This document shows positions 1 through 8,800 of a DNA stretch of 64,000 nucleotides, one piece after another (positions within the stretch are counted from its first letter, which is position 1; each line of letters starts with the position of its first letter). Origin of the DNA: Auanema rhodensis. Its lineage: Eukaryota; Animalia; Nematoda. The position numbers were made by a program, and so were the translations under genes. The stretch lies in assembly GCA_964057225.1 (NCBI GenBank), contig OZ059894.1:10974001-11038000 (forward strand), read 5' to 3'. The notes under the pieces are model-generated. The model was not told where the DNA came from. It made no database searches and worked only from the letters and a program-made list of their open reading frames with translations.

Positions 1-2
1 CA

Positions 3-2402
3 CTAGAAGTGAGAAACGCAGAAGCAGCACCGTTTGCGTCAGAACCTCACTCAATGAGATACAATAAAAAATACCAAGTGAATCCATTTTTAATCACCGG
101 GACGGTAACACAAAAAGGAAATCGGGTTGAAAATATTGAAATTATTGAAAATACTCAAGAAAGTGAACAAAGTAACAATGTAATACCACTCGAAATCTAT
201 ACACCCAACATGAATATCATCAACGACGCAGGAGACGAAAATGATGCTAATAATACGAACTTAGAACAAGAGGAAGATCAAACAAATGAGATAACTCTTC
301 AAACCGAAAATGAATCCAAACCTTCAAATCTAAATAGATGGTTCAGAACAAAAACACAGGGTAGTCAAGCAGCGGTAAGAAGTTATTTTAAGAAAAATAA
401 AATAAAAACAAATGTTCCAAAAGTAGCTCTTCTTGGAATAATTCCAACGATTGAGGCTACATGCCAATCCTCTGAATTGCTTACAGCGGAAGCATTATAT
501 TTCCCACAATGTAATCCATTAACGACTTTGATAACATTTTTCATACCAATTATACTATTATTTACTATATTAGCAATTTGTAAAAGAGTATTGAAAGCTC
601 ATAAAAATGACCAATATTGGTATAAATTTTTAAATGATAATTGGCAAACGATACAAACCGAAGTTAGAAGTGGAAAACCTAATTCAAAAATATTAACAAG
701 TTCAGACGATGTAGCCGTACAAAAGGAAAACACAGTAGCCACGAAATTTGACAATGTAACTCCAAAATGGAAAAATGATATTCCAGAAACTATTAAAATT
801 CCAAATTACATGAGAACATCATCATTCACTTCATTACAATTATCGATAGCACTCATGGTATTATTAATAACAGTGGAATCTTGTTCAAACTCACATATTA
901 AGCATTCAATAAATATAATTTGCATTAATCGGACAAATTGTTATCAAGAATACGATAATGAAATCAATTTCAATAAAGGCATAAGAGACGCTTGCTTAGA
1001 ATTCATTTACCAAAATAAATCTATCGGTAAAATAGAAATAACGAAAAAACCAACAGAATACATTTGCCAGAAAAGTACGCTATATTATACTCGAGAAAGC
1101 ACAATTCAATACAAAACTCGATATTCCTGTTATGGAACAGGATCTTGTAATCACACTTGTGAAGCTATAAATCCTATTGGACAATTACAAGAATTTGATA
1201 AAGAAGAAGGACCAACACAAGTTGGTTGTGCTAGGCGATGTGGCTCTCTTTTCTGCGGATGTTGGTCTCTAGAAGACGGTTGCTCATTCTATCAAACTGA
1301 ATTTAAACCAATCAATGAAATAGTTTATGAAATAGTAGAATGTGATTCTTGGGAAATGAATATACCATTAGAGGTAAAGTATGATCTATTTAAACACAAA
1401 GCCAATATTAATATTCTTTTAAAACCATACGACACTGTTAATTTTCCAAACTTTAATATAAGCTCAATCTCCCATATTGTACCACCAACCCGATATTTAA
1501 ACACCAAATATGCATTATCAACCATAAACAGTTATTACATGGAACCTCATACTATGAGTGAAGTAGCATGCAAAACCAAAGATCAAACTACAAATGAATT
1601 TAACTCTTGTAAAATACTGAAGTTATGTAACTGTAAAATATCAAAAAGGGAAGAGCTAACATGTACCTGTCCATCTGATAATATTTTCAATCAGGCAAAC
1701 TTATTACCAATGAACACCAAGAACACCCTAATTACCATGAAAGAAAACAAATTAACACTTATTCCTCAAACTGATGAATCAACTGTTGTTCTTCAACTAC
1801 AAGGGAATGTGTCGTCTCGTACCTTCCTGTACGACTTTCCTTGTCGACCGGAATTTAAAAAACTTTCCGGGTGTCACAGCTGTAGAAGAACGGCTGTTGC
1901 CGAGTTTATGTGTATATCACAAAAGGATTCTTGGATCACAATGCAATGTAGTGAGAACATATACATGATTGAATGCGCCCCACACATGCCACTTACTGCT
2001 GTGGAATATTACTCAGAACATTCTGAAATCTATGAAGAATGCTTCGTAACATGTGCTAATGAAAAACACCGCGTGATCATACAAGGAACATTACAATGGG
2101 ATAGTAAAATCCCAGATGTTGAAAAAACAATCATCAACATTGTGACAAATGCTAACACCTGGAGAAACATTTTGGATGTAATTAAAACAAATTGGGCATT
2201 ATCATTATGCTTCCTCCTGATAACTGTTTTTATACCAGTATTATCTTATATAATAGGAGTACAAGCAATAATTGTAATCATCATAATCATACAAAAATTA
2301 ATCGTTCAGATGATAAAAATTGTAATGATCATTACATCATTACTGAGAAAAATGCTCAGGAATCCTAGACACAGAGCTGAGTCTAGCACAAATAAAAATT
2401 AG
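3..2402 (+). CDS. env: C-terminal part of Gag-Pol-Env polyprotein: end of integrase, spacer, short Gn-like segment, phlebovirus Gc-like class II fusion glycoprotein with C-terminal TM
   Basis: Open from the window edge (GTG at 9 is not a real start); signal-like LSIALMVLLITVES|CSNSH; Cys pattern CYGTGSC, CGSLFCGCWSLEDGCSFY, LSGCHSC; hydrophobic C-terminus. Confidence 0.88.
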   Translation, partial: LEVRNAEAAPFASEPHSMRYNKKYQVNPFLITGTVTQKGNRVENIEIIENTQESEQSNNVIPLEIYTPNMNIINDAGDENDANNTNLEQEEDQTNEITLQTENESKPSNLNRWFRTKTQGSQAAVRSYFKKNKIKTNVPKVALLGIIPTIEATCQSSELLTAEALYFPQCNPLTTLITFFIPIILLFTILAICKRVLKAHKNDQYWYKFLNDNWQTIQTEVRSGKPNSKILTSSDDVAVQKENTVATKFDNVTPKWKNDIPETIKIPNYMRTSSFTSLQLSIALMVLLITVESCSNSHIKHSINIICINRTNCYQEYDNEINFNKGIRDACLEFIYQNKSIGKIEITKKPTEYICQKSTLYYTRESTIQYKTRYSCYGTGSCNHTCEAINPIGQLQEFDKEEGPTQVGCARRCGSLFCGCWSLEDGCSFYQTEFKPINEIVYEIVECDSWEMNIPLEVKYDLFKHKANINILLKPYDTVNFPNFNISSISHIVPPTRYLNTKYALSTINSYYMEPHTMSEVACKTKDQTTNEFNSCKILKLCNCKISKREELTCTCPSDNIFNQANLLPMNTKNTLITMKENKLTLIPQTDESTVVLQLQGNVSSRTFLYDFPCRPEFKKLSGCHSCRRTAVAEFMCISQKDSWITMQCSENIYMIECAPHMPLTAVEYYSEHSEIYEECFVTCANEKHRVIIQGTLQWDSKIPDVEKTIINIVTNANTWRNILDVIKTNWALSLCFLLITVFIPVLSYIIGVQAIIVIIIIIQKLIVQMIKIVMIITSLLRKMLRNPRHRAESSTNKN

Positions 2403-2519
2403 AACACTAATCTTACTGTAGTAATAAAAAAAAAAAAAAAAACTTTATTAATTAGCTATAAGAACAGTTTAAAAACACAAAAAAAAAAAAAAAAAAAAAA
2501 CAAAAACAAAACAAAAACA

Positions 2520-2957
2520 CTATATACTTGAAATATCTGGATACCCCTCACCATCATCGTCTGACATCTACAACAATACTTACATTCACAGTTAAAATAT
2601 ATAAGCTTACCTCCTCACGTTCGTGGTGGCGGGGGTTCTTTGCCCTGCAGAATCTGCAGTTGGGAGGCAACGGCATCCTCGAGAACATGTAGATGAGCTG
2701 CTCCCGAGTTGGCTCGACTCCATCCTCCGGATAAAGCTCATCGTCTGTCATCTGCAACAATACTGAGATAAAATAAAATAAACAAATAAATAAATAAATT
2801 AAATTAAATTAAAAAAAAAAAAAAAAAAAAATAATAAGCTTACCGGGCCCTCCCGTATGCGATGAGTATCTTGCGCCTTGCATCGTTCGCATAGTTCATA
2901 TGGACCGAGCTCGTCTTCTCCAATCTCCTCTTCAACCTGATACTGTAATTGTGACAT
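2520..2957 (-). CDS. Predicted antisense spliced accessory gene, 3 exons (2957-2844, 2751-2611, 2567-2520), 100 aa, acidic with two CxxC..H motifs
   Basis: GC-rich islands in A-rich DNA; each exon preceded by TTGTTG(C/T)AG and beginning with ATG; exons 1-2 end at GTAAGCTTAT donors; both introns (92 and 43 nt) phase 0; frame open to TAG at 2522-2520. Confidence 0.75.
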
Positions 2958-3227
2958 CTGCAACAATTACAACTATAAAAATAAAAAAAAATAAAAATAA
3001 AAATAAAATAAAAAATAAAAATAAAGTCAAGAGGGAAGTACAAAAACTTCACGAATACAATAAAAAATTAAATTACTAATCACACGTAGTACAATAGTAA
3101 AAAATATAAACAAAGCAAAAATAGGTCATAAAATAATATAAACAAAAGAAAATCACTACATATAGAAACAAATGCAACAGTTATAAACAAACAAATCTTT
3201 TTATCAAGATCTTCAATCTTTGATAAC

Positions 3228-3375
3228 ATCAAGTTTATTTATCCGAATAATATACATAAAAAGTAATCCTTTGTACAGGCTTTTTATACATTGTATCCGT
3301 AAACACATACTATTCTACAATAAACTAAGGGACGTTTATCATAGGTCAACCCACAGATGCGAACAAATATATAAA
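3228..3375 (+). promoter_or_regulatory. Putative internal promoter of accessory ORF, element A
   Basis: Blocks ATCAAGTTT, TTTGTACAGGCT, CATTGTATC.GTAA, TACAATAAACTAA and TATATAA shared in order with 13912-14066; TATA ~40 nt before ATG. Confidence 0.6.
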
Positions 3376-3409
3376 GAGGGAAACCATTGTTTTTCTCAAT
3401 TCAGTGCTA

Positions 3410-3871
3410 ATGGATGAAATAACGTCCAATTTAAGTGAGAACACTTCCTTTGAGGAAGATCTCAAAAATTATTCTCATCTACCCAACACCACTGCCAACC
3501 TAAGGCAGCTAATGGTTCTAGAGAAAAGGTTTTATGATAACCTCGCCAGCGCTGTCAACCACATTTCCGCGCGCCTGGATAACATCAACAACACACTGAA
3601 TCTAAAGCTCGATAATTTAGCTGTTCAGACGGCTCCTAAAGCCTCCTGCATATTCTGCAACAAGCCTACAGCTGATGGCCATCGTACAGCTGCTTGTCCG
3701 ATTTACCCCTCGTCCCCAGAGCGTACCATACGCTTACACGAATTGGGACTATGCATAAAATGTTTGAACCCAAAACATTCAGCAATGTGCGAAGTATCCT
3801 GCTATAAGTGCAAGGCCGATACTCACCATGGGGTGGTCTGTGGTGACGTCAAACGTAAAAGATATGCATAA
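3410..3871 (+). CDS. Accessory protein: N-terminal coiled-coil-like region, three CCHC-type zinc knuckles, C-terminal KRKR
   Basis: ATG at 3410; CIFC..H....C, CIKC....H...C, CYKC....HH...C; ~80% identical to 14101-14562. Confidence 0.85.
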   Translation: MDEITSNLSENTSFEEDLKNYSHLPNTTANLRQLMVLEKRFYDNLASAVNHISARLDNINNTLNLKLDNLAVQTAPKASCIFCNKPTADGHRTAACPIYPSSPERTIRLHELGLCIKCLNPKHSAMCEVSCYKCKADTHHGVVCGDVKRKRYA

Positions 3872-3880
3872 TGCCGGGAA

Positions 3881-4208
3881 TGTCACGGTCAACGTGAAAA
3901 TACGAACTTTATTGTGTTAACGTTTTGTTGTATTTTTTGTATTAACTCCACCCCCTTTAACCATCTGGTGCCTCCCTATAAAAGGGAGAACCAAATGGTT
4001 AAAATTTTCATGTCTCACCAATTTTGTATTGATTTTAGGATTTCTTGGAATTTCTAGAATCAATCCACTTGTTCACTTTACTGTTGTTGCATTTATTGAA
4101 TAAACCTTTCTTCATTTAACTTGTCTTAACGCATAATACCGCACTCATACGAACCGACTCCATACTTGGACTGATACTTGGAGGTAAAAGTCCAGTTGTC
4201 AAGCGACA
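3881..4208 (+). repeat. 3' LTR of element A (328 bp)
   Basis: Starts TGTC after GCCGGGAA, ends GACA at the 5S junction; TATAAAA ~3977, AATAAA ~4099; partner LTR not in window. Confidence 0.8.
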
Positions 4209-4276
4209 GGCCCAACGTTGCTTGACTTGCCAGATCGGACGGGATGGCGTACTTTCAACGTGGTATGGTCGTAAGC
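4209..4276 (-). pseudogene. 5S: 5S rRNA 5' half (nt 1-68) interrupted by element A
   Basis: Identical to nt 1-68 of array 5S genes; ends at LTR. Confidence 0.92.
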
Positions 4277-4419
4277 AATGTAATATTCTTCATTATCAGC
4301 TATATCACTCTAAATCTTGTTGTTAATAGATACGACCACAAAGAAAACAACAGGAACAGTAACAATAACAAAAAAAAATTTTTTTTTCACCTATGTGTCT
4401 AAAGGTTAGCCATGTATCC

Positions 4420-4421
<2 letters not shown>

Positions 4422-4481
<60 letters not shown>
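4422..4481. repeat. (TA)n microsatellite; a variable-length copy occurs in most array units
   Basis: Direct reading. Confidence 0.95.
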
Positions 4482-4483
<2 letters not shown>

Positions 4484-5181
4484 ACAGTAAAAAGTCCAAT
4501 CAAGAGAGAAATTTTTTCAACACATAGTTGTATCGGTGCTCACACATGTTAAACACAAAAATAATAAAATTAAATTGATTGGAAGAATTCTTTTTCAACT
4601 TTTTTTTCACATCTAACAATCACTGTTTTTGCTCATAACTTTTTTAATTCGCAATTCGTGATCATATATAACAAGTTTCCATCAATATTGATTCTTTTAA
4701 AATTTTTTTTTCATCAATTTTGTACTTACTTACTTCTCTGAAAAATGTTTTACCATGTATCCATTTGGATACATGTTACCAGTTAAAAGAACCATCATGT
4801 TGGAATCATCTCAAACTACGTTTTTATAGGTTTTCCAACATGCTGGACACAAATATTACATTTTTAGAGCAATTGGAACAATTCTTTTTTTTTAACATTC
4901 TTTAACATAAGGGTCCCCCCTACCTCCTTACTTACTTTTTTAAATATCATTGTTTTTCCTCATAACTCGGTTTAAACTCGTTCTAACCCGTTGAAATACG
5001 TCTAGAAAGTCTTTATAACATGCATATGTATGATAGAACTTCATATTTATTGTAATAGAAAATTTTATTTTCAGACGTCTTGGTTAACAATGATATGTTT
5101 TACCCCCTTATAATTTTTATCATAATGTTCCTTATACGGAACGCTCAATGAAACTTGCTTCCAGAAAAATTTCTTTCTATT

Positions 5182-5247
5182 TGTCGCGATAAGCGAGTGA
5201 GTTTGTATAATTTTTTATCTTCAACAATTGTTTTATTTGTTTCTTGT

Positions 5248-5289
<42 letters not shown>

Positions 5290-5539
5290 TTCTTCTTTCT
5301 TCTAACTTCCTAAGTAATTTTTATCCATACCACATGTTGTGTTATACATGTGGCATGACTAACTCTTTGTTTCAGGCTGACGACCGCCCACGAGAAGAGA
5401 TCAGTCTTACATTTTCAACGTTCGCAGTCAGTGATTTTATTCCGTGCTTGTCTTGTTAATTCATCAATAAACCCTTTTCTACATATTCGCTTTGTGTTTT
5501 ACTTCCAACCATACTATACACTTGTGGTATATAGCCACA
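5182..5539 (+). repeat. 5' LTR of element B (358 bp)
   Basis: TG...CA; matches 14593-14974 apart from (CT)n length and two adjacent substitutions. Confidence 0.96.
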
Positions 5540-5542
5540 AAT

Positions 5543-5554
5543 TGGTGCATCGGC
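5543..5554 (+). promoter_or_regulatory. Primer binding site, tRNA-Gly(GCC)
   Basis: TGGTGCATCGGC 3 nt after the LTR, complementary to the tRNA-Gly 3' end GCCGAUGCACCA. Confidence 0.85.
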
Positions 5555-5827
5555 TAGTTTAGATCTTAGCCGCTTTAAGTCCCGCGTGGCAGGTGAGATA
5601 CAACTCGAACCAAGCGTGTTTGAGCAAAAAACATACTTAATAAAAATCGTGGCGATCATAAGTCCACGTCAAGTCACACCAAACAGACTTGAACAATAAG
5701 CAAACTCTGAAATTAGAAACAGAGGTTTCAATTTCCTTACGTTCACATATACTGTGATCACCAAACAAACAAAGAAAAAAGAAAACAAAAAAGGAATATA
5801 AGCATTATTCCTACATCTACAACAAAA

Positions 5828-8800
5828 ATGTCACTCCTTTTTGTCAATCATATCAAACAATCTAACCAGTTTCTTGGAGAACTGCTTACACGATACGAGA
5901 TGGAAGTGAAGGACCTTCCTGGTATTCTGGTAGATTGCGACTTCCACACTGAGGAAGAAGAGGAAACCCTCTCTTGCCTTATCATTCGCTGGACAAAAGT
6001 CCAACACCAATTCAAAGAATCGTTGAAAAATCATCAAGATAACGAGAAAAAATTCCAAAAATTTTACGAAGCATCAGACAAAACGCTTCGTAAAGCATTA
6101 GACGAACAGTACATCGCCTTCACATCCGATGAAGACTTTGAACCCAACATTAAAAAGGTTCAAAACGCCATTATTGAGCTTGACGAACACATCATGAAAG
6201 CCGAACGCATACTTAGAAAGCTGAGAAAAACGCTTCATAAGAATGAATCTGAGCACAACAGCAATTGCTCAACAGAAAACAATGAAACAGAAAACAAATC
6301 GAATGATCAATTTCTGGAAATTATCAAGTCATTCCTACACATCCAACAATCTAGCATCCAAAAACCAGCGATGTCGCTACCTACATTTGATGGCAAACCA
6401 GAGAACTTCAAATCATTCTGGGGCCGTTTTGATAGACTTGTTCATGATAATGAACAGTTTACAACCTTAGAAAAGGTAAACCTACTCTGTGAAAGCCTCA
6501 AAGGCGATTCACAAATAGCAATCCGAGGAATAGAACCCTCTGCTCAAAATTATGAGCTCATGCGTGAAGCATTAGTTTCTGAATTTGGAGACTATTCGTC
6601 GGATATCAATTCTCTTTTAACACAACTACGTAATTTGAGATTTGCAAGCAATAATGCAAAATCATGTAAAGAAACATTTGGGGAAACCAAGGCACTTATC
6701 AGGCAAATTGAAGCAGCCGGAGCTACAGTATCCCGCGAAATGTGTACCGCGATGATTCTCAACAAATTCCCATACCACATCGTGGAAGACATTCTAATTT
6801 ATCCAAACAACTACCATTCCACTAAAGAAATGCTGACAGCTGTAGACCACAAAATCTATTCCTTTTTTCTAAAAGAACAAACAAGAAATAGTCATGAACA
6901 AAAGTTTCGAAATCACAAAGAGAATGTCACATCTGTAGCACATAAAGAAAACTCCGTAGAACAACGGAAAACCCAAACTTGGCCATGTGTTTTCTGCGAC
7001 TCATCCGAACATCGCTTTTATCATTGCACCACATTTGAAACACCAGAGAAAAGAAGACACGGCATCCGCGGAAAGGCCATCTGTTGGATTTGTTTTTCCG
7101 AGAAACACAAAAGTTCCGAATGCAGAAAACAAAAATGTCGAAATTGCCAAGGAGACCATAATTCCTCCTTGTGCTCACAAGGAAGAAAAAACGTGCAAAA
7201 TATCCAAAAAGATAAAGAAACTCCCACAATTAAAAAAGATCAGGCTTTACTGATCACCACAGAAGAATTATTGAATAAAAAAACAACAGAATATAAACAA
7301 GAATCTGACACTAATAATCGAATCCCTACTGAGGCACTTAATGCACCAGTATCGCTTAATCACATTGCCGACACACATAATATTGAAGAAAGTCAAGTAA
7401 TATTACGAACAGCAATGGCGAACATATACAACCACAATAGTAAAAAATATGAGCAAGTACGCATGCTCATAGATGAAGGATCCATGAGATCTTTTATATC
7501 CAAGGACTTATCCACTAAGTTAGGATTGCCCATCCTTGGTTCTCAAAAGAAAACCTTTTACGGTATCGGAGCATTGTCCGAAACGCACGAAGTTCAGGAC
7601 GTAAAGGTAATTATTGGAACCTCAAGTGGATCCCTTATCGTAACAAAACTATTCACCAAACCCATGTTAACCACACCCATACGTTGTCCAAAACTATCTA
7701 AAGAAGACTTGAAATTTATAAAGACAAGAAAAATAAAATTAGCCAATCCACAAACAAACGGAGAATCATTTACTCCGGATATACTGATAGGTATGGATAG
7801 ATACAAACTGTTCATGCATTTAAACGAAGAAACCGAACTCCCCTCACGTATGAGATTGAAAAATTCGGTATTCGGCCACATGATACATGGAGAAGCTCCT
7901 CTTCCCGATGATAATACACAACAAGAAGTAATATTATGCTCTACAGTAGAAGAAATAACAAAAGAAACCTCTCATAAAGAACTCCTCACTAATCTGTTTG
8001 AACTGGATTCTATCGGCATCAATACAGAAAATGCCAACGCAGACCGCACTATTGATTACTATGAAGAATACTCAAAAGATATAAAAATTGAGAACAACCG
8101 CATTATTGCACCGTTCCCGTTAAAAAATAACTTCAAAAATCTTAAAAACAACAAAATGCCCGCGTACCATAGATTCGTATCCCTATGGCGAAAGTTACTG
8201 CACAATCCAGAAATGCTCTCACACTATACTACAACCATTGAAAGTTACCTCAAAGATAACATTGTCGAACAAATTCCCAACAATCACCAGGAGCCTTTAG
8301 AGTTTTATATGCCCCACCATGGGGTTTGGAAGCCCAGCAAGGCTAACCCTCTCAGAATCGTTTTTGACGCCTCCGCTAAACAGAAAGACAGCCCATCGTT
8401 GAATGAGATAATACACACAGGACGATCATTTATCACATATATACACGACATCATGATCTCCTGCAGAACAAGACCAATATTAATAACATGCGATATCAAA
8501 GCCGCATTTTTACAAATACAACTGACAGAGAATCACAAAAATCTATGCAAATTCTTTTGGATAAAAAACAAAGAATACCCAATATCTCACAATAATATCA
8601 TAACCCTTCGATTCAACAGATTACCGTTCGGTATCACTGCATCCCCCAGCGTATTGAACATGGGCATAAAATGGTTCTTAGAATCAAAAGTAGACAACCC
8701 ATTAGCTATGGAAATACTGAACAACTTATACGTTGACAATATCATTCTTACAGCAAATACAACAGCAGAAGCTATAAAGAAATGTAAAGAAACCCAAAAA

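Larger units (their letters stand above)
1..4208 (+). mobile_element. BEL/Pao LTR retroelement A (env-bearing), 3' part; 5' part lies outside the window; inserted into a 5S rRNA gene
   Basis: Frame at window start reads (P)LEVR, matching the integrase C-terminal 'LYPLEIR' of element B; followed by phlebovirus-like Env, accessory ORF, GCCGGGAA, and a TGTC...GACA LTR abutting a half 5S gene. Confidence 0.9.

Noticed and set aside
4130-4208. Element-encoded tRNA-like primer at the end of LTR A
   Set aside because: Only a short GGACT/AGTCC stem; no cloverleaf, T-loop or A/B boxes
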